This document shows positions 28,431 through 39,668 of a DNA stretch of 64,000 bases, piece after piece. The translations under genes were made by a program, and so were the position numbers. How positions within the stretch are numbered: position 1 is the stretch's first letter; every line of letters starts with the position of its first letter. Source of the DNA: an uncultured Actinomycetota bacterium (GTDB taxonomy: Bacteria > Actinomycetota > Actinomycetes > Mycobacteriales > Jatrophihabitantaceae); contig CAVWSE010000002.1 of assembly GCA_963757455.1 (NCBI GenBank), forward strand, positions 64,974 through 128,973, in the 5' to 3' direction. Under the pieces are notes generated by a model that saw only the letters and a list, made by a program, of their open reading frames with translations, had not been told where the DNA came from and did no database searches.

Positions 28431-28988
28431 TTAGAACCAGTCGTCGGCGCGCGACCAGGTGATCAGGTTGTCGAGGATTCCCGGGGTCGGCTCAGCTTCC
28501 TCTGTCGCGGCGTAGGCGCCGCGGTAGAACAGGAGCGGACGGACGAGCCCATCGTCACCGGCGCTGTCGCCCAAGGCGTTGACGCGGCCGACGACGATCC
28601 AGTGGTCGCCGCCGTCGAGCACCGACTCGACGGTGCAGTCGATCCAGGTGAGCACACCGCGCAGCAGCGGCGCTCCCGACGGTGCGGGTTGCCACTCGAT
28701 CGAGGCGAACTTGTCGGCGCCGGCCTTGCCGAAGACCGCGCTCACGTCACGCTGATCGTGCGCGAGCACGTTGACGCAGAACGATCCGGCCGCCTCGATC
28801 ACCGGCCACGTGCGGGCGGCCTTGGCCGGGCAGAACAGCACGAGTGGCGGGTCGAGCGACAACGCGGCGAACGACTGGCAGGCGAAGCCGACGGGTTCCC
28901 CGCCGTCGGACACCGCAGCGATGACAGTGACGCCGGTGCAGAAGTGGCCGAGCGCCCTGCGGAAGGCTCCGGCGTCGACCGCCGTCAT
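28431..28988 (-). CDS. hsaB: Flavin reductase component HsaB
   Basis: 185 aa. Sequence FRRALGHFCTGVTVIAA...FACQSFAALSLDPPLV. Lies at the end of the hsaADCB order. Confidence 0.85.
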   Translation of the reverse strand: MTAVDAGAFRRALGHFCTGVTVIAAVSDGGEPVGFACQSFAALSLDPPLVLFCPAKAARTWPVIEAAGSFCVNVLAHDQRDVSAVFGKAGADKFASIEWQPAPSGAPLLRGVLTWIDCTVESVLDGGDHWIVVGRVNALGDSAGDDGLVRPLLFYRGAYAATEEAEPTPGILDNLITWSRADDWF

Positions 28989-28989
28989 G

Positions 28990-30764
<1,775 letters not shown>

Positions 30765-30783
30765 CTACCGCCGCTCGCTTCGC

Positions 30784-31962
30784 TCACAACCACGCATCCT
30801 GAACCTTGAGTCCCAGCTCGAACTGGCCGTACATCGCCAGCGCCTTCTCGGGGTCGTTGATCGCGTGCACCCGTCCGGCGTGAGCGTCGCGCCAGAACCG
30901 CTGGATCGGCGTGCCGGTGCGCAGCGCCCGTCCGCCAGCGCTCTCGAAGAGCCGGTCGACCGCGGCGATGCCGGCTCCGGTCGCGTTCACCTGGTCGCGG
31001 CGTACGCGCACGCGCAACGGCATCGGGATCTTCTCGCCCTTGACGGCGTAGTCGTACTCCTCTTCGAGGTTGCGCTCGATCTGCAGCACTGCGCCGTCGA
31101 TGCGCGACGCGGCCTCGGCGATGCGCAGCTGGTTGAACGAGTCGTCGGCCGCCTTGCCACCACTCGAGGCGCGCACGCGCTCCTTCGTGTAGCCGACGTA
31201 GGCCTCGTACGCGCCCTGCGCCATGCCGAGCACCGGGTTACTGATCGAGCACGAGAACACCGAGGCGAACGGCAGCTTGTACAGCGCGCCGGTGTTCACG
31301 GCCTGGCCCGGCCCGAAGCAACGTCCGGTGTCCATGAACGACAGCGTGCGGTACTCGGGGACGAACGCTTCCTTGACGATGATGTCGTTGCTGCCCGTGC
31401 CACGCAGACCGACCGTGTCCCAGACGTCCTCGATCTCGTAGTCGGCGCGCGGGAGCAGGAACGTGCGGAAGTCGACCGGCGTCCCCTCGGGACCCATGAC
31501 CAGCCCGCCGAGGAAGATCCACTGCGCGTGATCACAGCCGGACGAGAACGACCAGCGGCCGCTGAAGGTGAACCCGCCGTCGGTCGGGGTCGCGCGTCCC
31601 ATCGGCGCGTACGACGACGACACAAGGGTCGCCGGGTCATCGCCCCACACCTCCCGTTGCGCGCGGTCGTCGAAGATGCCGAGCTGCCACGGATGCACTC
31701 CGATCACCGATGACACCCAGCCGGTTGAGCCGCACGCGCTCGCGATCAGGCGCACTGCCCGGTAGAAGTCGACCGGCGAGGCCTCGTAGCCGGCGTAGCG
31801 CGTGGGCTGCAGCAACCGGAAGAAGCCGGTGTCCTGCAGGGCGGCGATGTTCTCGTCGGGGATGCGGCGCAGATCCTCGGTGGCCTGGGCGCGCTCGCGC
31901 AGGGTCGGCAGCAGATCGGTGACGCCGGCGAGAACTTCGGCTGGGGTGGTGGCGCTGCTCAT
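30784..31962 (-). CDS. hsaA: 3-HSA hydroxylase oxygenase component HsaA
   Basis: ATG at 31962 gives 392 aa (Rv3570c is 394 aa). Flavin-dependent monooxygenase, ACAD-like fold. Motifs GLRGTGSNDI and RFWRDAHAGRVH. Confidence 0.85.
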   Translation of the reverse strand: MSSATTPAEVLAGVTDLLPTLRERAQATEDLRRIPDENIAALQDTGFFRLLQPTRYAGYEASPVDFYRAVRLIASACGSTGWVSSVIGVHPWQLGIFDDRAQREVWGDDPATLVSSSYAPMGRATPTDGGFTFSGRWSFSSGCDHAQWIFLGGLVMGPEGTPVDFRTFLLPRADYEIEDVWDTVGLRGTGSNDIIVKEAFVPEYRTLSFMDTGRCFGPGQAVNTGALYKLPFASVFSCSISNPVLGMAQGAYEAYVGYTKERVRASSGGKAADDSFNQLRIAEAASRIDGAVLQIERNLEEEYDYAVKGEKIPMPLRVRVRRDQVNATGAGIAAVDRLFESAGGRALRTGTPIQRFWRDAHAGRVHAINDPEKALAMYGQFELGLKVQDAWL

Positions 31963-32004
31963 CGGTGAAAACTCCCGTGTTCGCTGGCATTTCTGACGCC
32001 AGAC

Positions 32005-32018
32005 TAGAACAAGTTCTC
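32005..32018. promoter_or_regulatory. KstR operator box (TAGAACAAGTTCTC)
   Basis: Fits TnnAACnnGTTnnA except the last base. Lies in the hsaA/kshA divergent intergenic region. Confidence 0.75.
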
Positions 32019-32083
32019 GTAAGTGTCGAGACGACGCGGCGGCGTCTGAGCTTGCGCGAGGACGGCTCATCAGGCACGATTTC

Positions 32084-32097
32084 TGAAACAGGTTCTA
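32084..32097. promoter_or_regulatory. KstR operator box (TGAAACAGGTTCTA)
   Basis: Full match to TnnAACnnGTTnnA, 20 nt upstream of the kshA ATG. Confidence 0.8.
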
Positions 32098-32116
32098 TTT
32101 GTTGACGGGAGCGCCG

Positions 32117-33283
32117 ATGACCCGGACGGTCGAGACCAACGAGTCCTCCGTAGGCACTGATGCCGTGCGTTCCATCGACGCAGGCGTCGTGCCGGAGCGG
32201 TTCGCGCGCGGGTGGCACTGCCTCGGCCTCGCAGCCGACTTCCACGACGGCAAGCCGCACGCGATCACCGCGTTCGGGACGAAGCTCGTCGTGTTCGCGA
32301 CCTCGGACGGCGCGCTACGCGTACTCGATGCCTATTGCCGGCACATGGGCGGTGACCTGACCCAGGGCACGATCAAGGACGACGCGATCGCCTGCCCGTT
32401 CCACGACTGGCGCTGGTCGGGCGAGGGACGGTGCGTTGGTATCCCCTACGCGAAGCGCGTGCCGCTGCGGGCCCGCACGCGTGCCTGGACGACGACGGAG
32501 AAGAACGGGCAGCTGTTCGTCTGGAACGACCCCGAGGGCAACGCGCCCACGCCCGAGGTCGAGATTCCGGACATCGAGGCCGTCGGTTCGCACGAGTGGA
32601 GCGACTGGGTCTGGACGACGCTGCGCATCGAAGGGTCCAACTGCCGCGAGATCATCGACAACGTCTCGGACATGGCGCACTTCTACTACGTGCACTACGC
32701 GTTCCCCACGTATTTCAAGAACGTCTTCGAGGGTCACATCGCCACGCAGTACATGGAGTCGCGCGGGCGTCCCGACATCGGGCAGGGCAGCCAGTACGCC
32801 GGCGAGGACAACCTGCTCAAGTCCGAGGCGTCCTACTTCGGACCGTCCTACATGATCAACTGGCTGTGGAACGACTTCAAGGGAACGACGGTCGAATCCG
32901 TCCTGGTGAACTGCCACTACCCGATCGACAAGAACTCCTTCTTGTTGCAGTACGGCGTGATGGTCAAGAAGCTCCCGGGCGTCGATCGCGAGATGGCGAA
33001 CAAGATCGCCGGCAAGTTCGCGAAGAGCTTCAAGCTCGGTTTCGAGCAGGACGTCGCCATCTGGCGCAACAAGAGCCGCATCGACAATCCGTTGCTGTGC
33101 GAGGAGGACGGGCCGGTCTACCAGCTGCGCCGCTGGTACGAGCAGTTCTACGTCGACGCCGCAGACGTCACCGAGGACATGACCGCACGGTTCGAGTTCG
33201 AGATAGACACCTCCCACGCCGTCGAGACGTGGGAGAAGGAGGTCGCGGAGAACCTGCGCAAACGCGCCGAGGCCGGCGAGTAA
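32117..33283 (+). CDS. kshA: 3-ketosteroid 9-alpha-hydroxylase oxygenase KshA
   Basis: GGGAG SD precedes the ATG at 32117. Rieske motif CRHMGGDL...CPFHDWRW. Also NCREIIDNVSDMAHFYYVHY and DGPVYQLRRWYEQFY. Very close to Rv3526 by recall. Confidence 0.9.
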   Translation: MTRTVETNESSVGTDAVRSIDAGVVPERFARGWHCLGLAADFHDGKPHAITAFGTKLVVFATSDGALRVLDAYCRHMGGDLTQGTIKDDAIACPFHDWRWSGEGRCVGIPYAKRVPLRARTRAWTTTEKNGQLFVWNDPEGNAPTPEVEIPDIEAVGSHEWSDWVWTTLRIEGSNCREIIDNVSDMAHFYYVHYAFPTYFKNVFEGHIATQYMESRGRPDIGQGSQYAGEDNLLKSEASYFGPSYMINWLWNDFKGTTVESVLVNCHYPIDKNSFLLQYGVMVKKLPGVDREMANKIAGKFAKSFKLGFEQDVAIWRNKSRIDNPLLCEEDGPVYQLRRWYEQFYVDAADVTEDMTARFEFEIDTSHAVETWEKEVAENLRKRAEAGE

Positions 33284-33285
33284 CG

Positions 33286-33567
33286 ATGCCCGCGATGACC
33301 GGTCGCGAGCGCGAGACCGCTGCCGACAAGCGGCTCTACGTCGAGATCGGGTTGGTGCCCGTGTCGTGCACGACGTGCGGCGTCGAGGTCAGCGTGAAGA
33401 AGAACTCGCGCAAGCACACCAGCGTTCAGTGGACGGCCGCGGCCATGGCCGGGTGCGCGCACTTCGATGCCGTTGGCGCATTGGGTGTCTCGCTCGGGTG
33501 TCCGCGGCTGCGTGAGTCGATCGACGCGGCAGTCAGCGACGGGCGCGTCGTGGTGCCTGATGAGTGA
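33286..33567 (+). CDS. Small Cys-containing hypothetical protein between kshA and kshB
   Basis: ATG at 33286, 3 nt after the kshA TAA. 93 aa. Sequence VSCTTCGVEVSVKKNSRKHTSVQW...GCAHF...GCPRL. Confidence 0.5.
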   Translation: MPAMTGRERETAADKRLYVEIGLVPVSCTTCGVEVSVKKNSRKHTSVQWTAAAMAGCAHFDAVGALGVSLGCPRLRESIDAAVSDGRVVVPDE

Positions 33568-33581
33568 CGCTTGCGGAGCGA
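33561..33581 (+). repeat. 21-nt junction motif TGAGTGACGCTTGCGGAGCGA (copy 1 of 2)
   Basis: Identical at 20 of 21 positions to 40457-40477. Both copies straddle the stop codon of one gene and precede the start of the next. Contains the mini-hairpin CGCT-TGCGG-AGCG. Confidence 0.6.
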
Positions 33582-33584
33582 AAA

Positions 33585-34632
33585 ATGTCGATGAATGAGG
33601 TCGACTCGCATCGGCTGCGCGTCGCAGAGATAGTGCGCGAGACCGACGACGCGTGCTCGGTCGTGTTCGAACCGCCCGCGGGCGTCGACTTCACCTACTC
33701 CCCCGGCCAGTTCCTGACGCTGAGGCTGCCGCTCGACTCGGGACCGATCGGCCGGTGCTACTCGCTCTGCAGCTCGCCCCACCGCGACGAGCCGATGCGC
33801 ATCGCAGTCAAGCGGGTGAACGACGGCCTCGGGTCGAACTGGATCAACGACACGCTCGCTGTCGGCGACGAGCTCGAATGCCTCGTCCCCAGCGGGATGT
33901 TCACGCCCAAGTCACTCGACGACGACCTGCTGCTCTTCGCCGGTGGCAGCGGCATCACGCCCGTCCTGTCGATCCTGAAGTCGGCACTGCATGCGGGGAA
34001 CGGCAACGTCGTGCTCGTCTATGCGAATCAGCACGAGAACGCCGTGATCTTCTCGGCGCAGTTGCGCGAGTTGGCCGAGCAGTATCCCGACCGGTTGCAC
34101 GTGCTGCACTGGCTCGAATCGGTGCAAGGCATTCCCTCGCGTGCGCAGCTGAAGGCGCTGGCCGCACCGTTCACCGAGCACACCGCGTTCGTGTGCGGCC
34201 CGAGCCCGTTCATGGAGTCGGTCTCGCACTCGCTGCGCGAACTCGGCGTCCCGCCGGCGCGCATCCACATCGAGCGGTTCCAGTCGCTGACCGAGGATCC
34301 ATTCACCCTGCCGGCAGCCGACGCGTCCGCTGTCGTCGACGAGGCCGAGAACGGCCCGGCGACGGCATTGACGCGTCGACCTCGACGGCGAGACGCACGA
34401 ATTCGACTGGCCACGACACAAGAAGCTGCTCGACTTCCTGCTCGAGAAGGGCCTCAAGGCGCCGTTCTCGTGCCGGCAGGGCGCGTGCAGCGCGTGCGCC
34501 TGCATCCTGGCCGACGGCGAGGTCAAGATGCTGCACAACGAGATCCTCGAGCAGGACGACCTCGACGAGGGCTTCGTGCTCGCCTGCCAGTCGCTACCGA
34601 TCAGCGACCGGGTCTCCGTCCGCTACAGCTGA
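33585..34632 (+). pseudogene. kshB: 3-ketosteroid 9-alpha-hydroxylase reductase KshB with one frame break (about 34375)
   Basis: FNR-like part (RCYSLCSSP, LLFAGGSGITPVLSI) is intact to ...GPATALT. The plant-type 2Fe-2S tail (VDLDGETHEFDW...FSCRQGACSACACILADGEVKMLHNEILEQDDLDEGFVLACQS...RYS*) continues in the +1 frame with no start codon. Length is 1048 nt = 3n+1. Confidence 0.8.
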
Positions 34633-34642
34633 CCTCAAGCCC

Positions 34643-34703
34643 GAGTTACAGTCCCGTCTGACCACATTTCGGGCCGAAAAATGGTCAGACGGAACTGTAA
34701 CTC
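34643..34703. terminator. 61-bp near-perfect palindrome, likely a bidirectional terminator between convergent genes
   Basis: The arms GAGTTACAGTCCCGTCTGACCA and TGGTCAGACGGAACTGTAACTC are complementary at 21 of 22 positions. The 17-nt spacer is itself palindromic (TTTCGG-G-CCGAAA). Confidence 0.7.
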
Positions 34704-34707
34704 AGGG

Positions 34708-35106
34708 TTAAGAGGCGGCGTAGGCCGCGCGGGCGCCGCATTCGGCGCACTCGTACACACCGCCGTGGGTCGCCTGCATGGCGCCGTGCGCGGTGCAGGT
34801 CGGCTGGCCGCTGTCGCCGAGCACCACGTTGCCCATCATCACGTCCCAGCCGCCGTCGACATCGACGAGCTGCGCAGCGACGGGGCCGAGTTCGCGGGCG
34901 CGTTCGAGAGCGAACAAGACTTCGGCCAGTGCCGCGAAGGCGTTGCTCTCGCGCGTCCAGCCGTCCGGCAGGCTTGCCTCGGCAGCGCTCACCCCGTCGC
35001 CGGACACCTGGACGACCGCGCTCTGCTCGCTGTTGTCGGGTCGTTGGAAGGTCACTGCGTACCGTCCGGCGCCGGCCAGGGCCTCGACGCGATGCACCCG
35101 AGTCAC
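34708..35106 (-). CDS. Hypothetical protein (C-terminal Cys cluster)
   Basis: 132-aa ORF with coding-like composition. Motif CTAHGAMQATHGGVYECAECG. No family recognised. Confidence 0.45.
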   Translation of the reverse strand: MTRVHRVEALAGAGRYAVTFQRPDNSEQSAVVQVSGDGVSAAEASLPDGWTRESNAFAALAEVLFALERARELGPVAAQLVDVDGGWDVMMGNVVLGDSGQPTCTAHGAMQATHGGVYECAECGARAAYAAS

Positions 35107-35116
35107 ACGGGCGAGC

Positions 35117-35618
35117 CTACGACTGAGCGGTCTCAGCGCGCGCTTTGAGCCGCGCCAGCGTGGCGTGGATGTGGGCCGCGTTGAGGCCGGGGCGATTCCG
35201 CGTCCCGGTCACGAGCTCGGCCGGACGTTTGAACCAACCGGGACGACGGTCCCAGGTGCTCTCCGTGACGCGACAGCCCTCGGCGCGTCGGTTCGAAGTC
35301 GTACTGCCACCGTGAGATCGGGATGGACGGCATGCCGTGGCTGACGTCGAAGGCGAACACCCGGCCCGATTCGGCGTCGGTCACCGTGCAGGTCGTCGTC
35401 CAGCGCCGGCGGCCGTTGCGGTTGGTGCCGCGGAAGCGCGAGCCCGACGTCGCGGACGACCCGGTCACCCAGCGCATGGCCGTGGCCTCGTCGGCGAGCT
35501 CGGCGAGAATGTCGAGGTCGGTGACCAGCGCGTAGACCGCAGCGGGCGGTGCGGCGATGTCGATCGAGGCGGTGGCGGACGGTGCGGTCAAAGTAGAACC
35601 AGTTCTAGGCGAAGGCAT
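35117..35618 (-). pseudogene. SRPBCC (polyketide cyclase/dehydrase-like) protein with one frame break (about 35283)
   Basis: The N-terminal part (SIDIAAPPAAVYALVTDLDILAELADE...WQYDFEPT) is in ORF 35133..35618. The C-terminal part (AEGCRVTESTWDRRPGWFKRPAELVTG...ARLKARAETAQS*) is in another frame and ends at the TAG at 35117. Length is 502 nt = 3n+1. Confidence 0.65.
35594..35607. promoter_or_regulatory. KstR operator box (TAGAACCAGTTCTA)
   Basis: Full match with perfect TAGAAC/GTTCTA arms. Lies in the SRPBCC/kstD divergent region. Confidence 0.8.
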
Positions 35619-35660
35619 CGGATTGTGCGCGCATCATATCTTGCGTTACCCGCGCAAAAC

Positions 35661-35674
35661 TATAACCTGTTCTA
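35661..35674. promoter_or_regulatory. KstR operator box (TATAACCTGTTCTA)
   Basis: Full match. Ends 1 nt before the kstD ATG, and no SD is visible, so the transcript may be leaderless. Confidence 0.75.
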
Positions 35675-35675
35675 C

Positions 35676-37379
35676 ATGCGGGATGACGAGTACGACGTCG
35701 TCGTGGTGGGCAGCGGCGGCGCCGGGATGTCGGCCGCGCTGACCGCCGCTCACGCCGGGCTGCGGACGATCCTCGTCGAGAAGGCCGCGCACTTCGGCGG
35801 CTCGACCGCGCGCTCGGGCGGCGGCGTCTGGATCCCCAACAACGACGTGCTGCGCCACGACAAGGTCGACGACACCTCCCAAGCCGCGCACGACTACCTG
35901 CGCAGCATCGTCGGCGACGTCGTACCCGCCGACCGCATCGACACCTACCTCGACCGCGGGCCCGAGGCGCTGCGGTTCCTGCTCGCCCACTCCCCGCTAC
36001 GGATGCAGTGGGTGCCGGACTACAGCGACTACTACCCCGAAGCGCCCGGCGGACGGGTCGGCGGCCGAAGCATCGAACCGCGACCGTTCGACCTCAAGCG
36101 GCTCGGACCCGAGCGGGCCAACCTCGAACCCGACTACGGCAAGTCACCGCTCAACGTCACCGTTACGCAGGCCGACTTCCGCTGGGCAACGCTGCTGATG
36201 CGCCACCCGCGCGGCGTGCTGCGCGTGCTCAGGATCGGGCTGCGCTGGATGTGGGCGATGGTTACCCGCAAGGACCTCGCCGTGCGCGGGCAGGCCTTCG
36301 CCGCCGGCCTGCGCGCGGGCCTGCAGGACGCCGGCGTGCCCGTACTGCTCGACACCGCCCTCGACGATCTGCTCGTCGAAGACCAGCGGGTCTGCGGAGT
36401 CGTCGTCGAGCACAACCATCAGCAACGCACCATCCGCGCACGCCACGGCGTCGTGCTCGCCAGCGGCGGCTTCGAGCACAACGAGGCGATGCGCAAGCAG
36501 TACCAGCGCGAGCCGATCGGCACGGCGTGGACAGTCGGTGCCGCCGCCAACACGGGCGACGGCATCCTCGCCGCCGAACGTCTCGGTGCCGAACTCGAGC
36601 TCATGGACGACGCCTGGTGGGGACCGTCCATCCCGCTGACCGGTGGTCCGTGGTTCTGCCTGGCCGAGCGCACGCTGCCCGGCGGCATCATGGTCAACGC
36701 GCGCGGCGAGCGGTTCATGAACGAGGCGCTGCCGTACGTCGAGGCGGTGCACCGCATGTACGGCGGCGACGAGTTCGGCCGCGGTGACGGTCCCGGCGAG
36801 AACATGCCGTGCTGGATGATCATCGACCAGCGCTATCGCAACCGGTACGTGTTCGCCGGCGTGCCACCCCGCCGTCCGTTCCCGGGCCGCTGGTACAAAG
36901 CCGGGGTCATCCAACGTGCGGCGACCGTCGGCGAGCTCGCCGCGAAGATCGGTGTCGACGCCGCCACGCTCGAGGGCACGGTCAAGCAGTTCAACGGCTT
37001 TGCGAAGACCGGCAAGGACGAGCAGTACGGACGGGGCGACAGCGGCTACGACCGCTATTACGGCGACCCGACCGTCAAGCCGAATCCGTGCCTGTCCCCG
37101 ATCGACCAAGGTCCGTTCTACGCCGTCACGATGGTGCCCGGTGACCTCGGGACGAAGGGCGGCGTGCGCACCGACGTTCGTGCTCGCGTGCTGCGCGCCG
37201 ACGGGTCGGTCATCGACGGCCTGTACGCGGCCGGCAATGTGAGCGCGCCGGTCATGGGCCACACGTACGCCGGGCCGGGCGCGACGATCGGGCCGGCCAT
37301 CACCTTCGGCTACCTCGCTGCGCAGGACATCGCCGAGCGTGCCCGAGCGAGCTCGAAGGAGCACGAAGATGCCCATTGA
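35676..37379 (+). CDS. kstD: 3-ketosteroid delta-1-dehydrogenase KstD
   Basis: ATG at 35676. Motif YDVVVVGSGGAGMSAALTAA. 567-aa FAD flavoprotein followed by hsd4B, as Rv3537/Rv3538 are. Confidence 0.85.
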   Translation: MRDDEYDVVVVGSGGAGMSAALTAAHAGLRTILVEKAAHFGGSTARSGGGVWIPNNDVLRHDKVDDTSQAAHDYLRSIVGDVVPADRIDTYLDRGPEALRFLLAHSPLRMQWVPDYSDYYPEAPGGRVGGRSIEPRPFDLKRLGPERANLEPDYGKSPLNVTVTQADFRWATLLMRHPRGVLRVLRIGLRWMWAMVTRKDLAVRGQAFAAGLRAGLQDAGVPVLLDTALDDLLVEDQRVCGVVVEHNHQQRTIRARHGVVLASGGFEHNEAMRKQYQREPIGTAWTVGAAANTGDGILAAERLGAELELMDDAWWGPSIPLTGGPWFCLAERTLPGGIMVNARGERFMNEALPYVEAVHRMYGGDEFGRGDGPGENMPCWMIIDQRYRNRYVFAGVPPRRPFPGRWYKAGVIQRAATVGELAAKIGVDAATLEGTVKQFNGFAKTGKDEQYGRGDSGYDRYYGDPTVKPNPCLSPIDQGPFYAVTMVPGDLGTKGGVRTDVRARVLRADGSVIDGLYAAGNVSAPVMGHTYAGPGATIGPAITFGYLAAQDIAERARASSKEHEDAH

Positions 37380-38232
37380 CCCGTCGACGGCGCTCGGCGC
37401 CGAACTCGCGCCCTTCGACTTCGAATGGACCGAATCGGACGTGCTGCTCTACCACCTCGCGCTCGGCGCCGGCACCGATCCGATGGACGCGTGCGAGTTG
37501 CGCTACGCCACCGAGGACGACCTGCACGTCCTGCCGACCTTCGCGGTGGTCGCGCCGTCGGTCCACGCGACCGAAGCCCCGCGCGTCGAATACCCGGGCA
37601 TCTCGATCGACCTGACCCAGGTGTTGCACGGAACGCAGCGCATCGAGGTGCACCGGCCATTGCCGACGAACGGGAAGGCCCGCGCCGCAGCACGAGTCGC
37701 CGACATCTGGGACAAGGGCAGTGCCGCTGTCATCGTCACCGAAACGCACGTCAGCGATCTCGACGGCAACCCCTTGTGGACGAACACCTCGAGCATCTTC
37801 GCTCGCGGCGAAGGCGGGTTCGGCGGTGAACGCGGGCCGTCCTTCTCGAAGTCGTCACCCGAGCGTGCACCTGACCACGTCATCGTCACGCCGACCCTTC
37901 CGCAGCAGGCACTCTGGTACCGACTGCTCGGCGATCGCAATCCGCTGCACTCGCGCCCGTCCTTCGCCGAACGCGCCGGGTTCGAGCGGCCGATCCTGCA
38001 CGGGCTGTGCACCTACGGCATGGTCGCCAAAGCCCTCGTCGACACACTGCTCGACGGAGACGTCGCGCGCCTGACTGCGTTCGAGGTGCGCTTCGCGGGC
38101 ACGGTGTTCCCCGGCGAGACGCTGCGCACGTCCGTGTGGCGCGACGGCGATGCGCACACGGTGGTCACGACCGTCGACGAGCGCGACAATGCACCAGCCC
38201 TGACCGGCGCAACCATGGAGGTCACCCGGTGA
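37369..38232 (+). CDS. hsd4B: MaoC-like double hot-dog enoyl-CoA hydratase (Hsd4B-like)
   Basis: AAGGAG SD. The ATG at 37369 overlaps the kstD end by 11 nt. Sequence YRLLGDRNPLHSRPSFAERAGFERPILHGLCTYG. Confidence 0.7.
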   Translation: MPIDPSTALGAELAPFDFEWTESDVLLYHLALGAGTDPMDACELRYATEDDLHVLPTFAVVAPSVHATEAPRVEYPGISIDLTQVLHGTQRIEVHRPLPTNGKARAAARVADIWDKGSAAVIVTETHVSDLDGNPLWTNTSSIFARGEGGFGGERGPSFSKSSPERAPDHVIVTPTLPQQALWYRLLGDRNPLHSRPSFAERAGFERPILHGLCTYGMVAKALVDTLLDGDVARLTAFEVRFAGTVFPGETLRTSVWRDGDAHTVVTTVDERDNAPALTGATMEVTR

Positions 38233-39668
38233 GTGTTCGTCCCAAAGCTGCAGCCGAGCTCGAGACGTGGGACGACGAAGCCGACGTCGTCGTGGTCGGT
38301 TTCGGTGCCGCGGGTGCCTCGGCGGCCTACGAAGCGGCCACTGCCGGCGCGGACGTACTGGTGCTCGATCGTGCGGGCGCCTCGGGTGGCGCGGCTGCGA
38401 TGAGCGACGGGTTCGTCTACCTCGGCGGCGGCACTCCCGAGCAGCGACAAGCCGGTTACGACGACTCCGTCGAGAACATGACGACGTTCCTCAAAGCTGC
38501 GTGTGGCCCGGCGCCCGACGAAGCGAAGATCGAGCTGTACGCGCAACGCAGCCTCGAACACCGCGAGTGGCTGCTCGCCCGGGGCGTCGAGTTCCTCGGC
38601 CAGGTCAGGCTGGACGCGAGCGGCACGTCGCCCGTCGACGGCGAGGGGTTGATGTTCACCGGCGGCGAGAACGCCTATCCCTACGACGAAATCGCGACGC
38701 CGGCACCACGCGGGCACATCGTGCAGGGTGGCCGACCCGGCGGCGGTGTACTGATGCGAGTGCTCGCCGACGCCGCGACCGAAGCCGGTGCGCGCACGTC
38801 GTTCGACACCAAGGTCGAGCGTCTCGTCGTCGACGACGACAACATTGTCGTCGGGGTGATCGCCACTCGGTACGGCGACACCGTCGCGATCCGCGCACGC
38901 ACAGGAGTGGTGCTCGCTGCAGGCGGATTCATCCACTCGCCGGAGATGATCGCGCAGTACGCACCGGCCGTGCACGCTACCGCGCTTCGGCTCGGCACCG
39001 ATGGTGACGACGGCCGCGGCATCCGCATCGCCGAGGCCGTCGGCGCGCGCGTAAAGCGCATGGACGCGATCGAGTGCGCGCTGCCGTTCAACGCGCCGCG
39101 CAGCCTCGTGCACGGCATCATCGTCAACCGGTTCGGTCAGCGCTTCGTCAACGAAGACACCTACATGGGACGGGTCGGGCAGCACGCGCTCGTCCAGCAG
39201 GGAGGCGAGGCCTACCTGATCGTCGACGAGGAGCACTACGCACCGAACTGGCTCAACATCCCCGCCACCTGGGTGTGTGAGACAGCGGCGGAACTCGAGA
39301 GCGAGATCGGGCTACCGTCAGGTTCCCTGACGACCACGATCGGCTACTTCAACGAACATGCCGAGCGCGGGGACGATCCGCTGTTCCACAAGCGCGCGCC
39401 CGTCCTCACGCCGTTGCGGGCTCCCTTCGCGGCGTTCGACCTACGCGCGTCGAAGTTCATCTACGCGCCGTTCACGCTGGGCGGCCTGGACACCTCCGTC
39501 GACGGCGCCGTGCTCGATCTCGACGGTGCCCCGATCGCCGGCCTGTACGCCGCGGGCCGTACCACGTCCGGCGTCGCCGCGCAGGGCTACTGCAGCGGCC
39601 TGTCCCTCGGCGACTCAACCCTGTTCGGCCGCATCGCCGGGCAGTCAGCGGCAGGAGCCAAACAATGA
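38229..39668 (+). CDS. FAD-binding dehydrogenase, KstD/Kst4D (3-oxo-5alpha-steroid 4-dehydrogenase)-like paralog
   Basis: GTG at 38229 (GTGA overlap with hsd4B). Motif [18 protein letters not shown]. 479 aa, with C-terminal [11 protein letters not shown]. Which steroid dehydrogenase subtype it belongs to cannot be decided from sequence alone. Confidence 0.65.
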   Translation: MSVRPKAAAELETWDDEADVVVVGFGAAGASAAYEAATAGADVLVLDRAGASGGAAAMSDGFVYLGGGTPEQRQAGYDDSVENMTTFLKAACGPAPDEAKIELYAQRSLEHREWLLARGVEFLGQVRLDASGTSPVDGEGLMFTGGENAYPYDEIATPAPRGHIVQGGRPGGGVLMRVLADAATEAGARTSFDTKVERLVVDDDNIVVGVIATRYGDTVAIRARTGVVLAAGGFIHSPEMIAQYAPAVHATALRLGTDGDDGRGIRIAEAVGARVKRMDAIECALPFNAPRSLVHGIIVNRFGQRFVNEDTYMGRVGQHALVQQGGEAYLIVDEEHYAPNWLNIPATWVCETAAELESEIGLPSGSLTTTIGYFNEHAERGDDPLFHKRAPVLTPLRAPFAAFDLRASKFIYAPFTLGGLDTSVDGAVLDLDGAPIAGLYAAGRTTSGVAAQGYCSGLSLGDSTLFGRIAGQSAAGAKQ

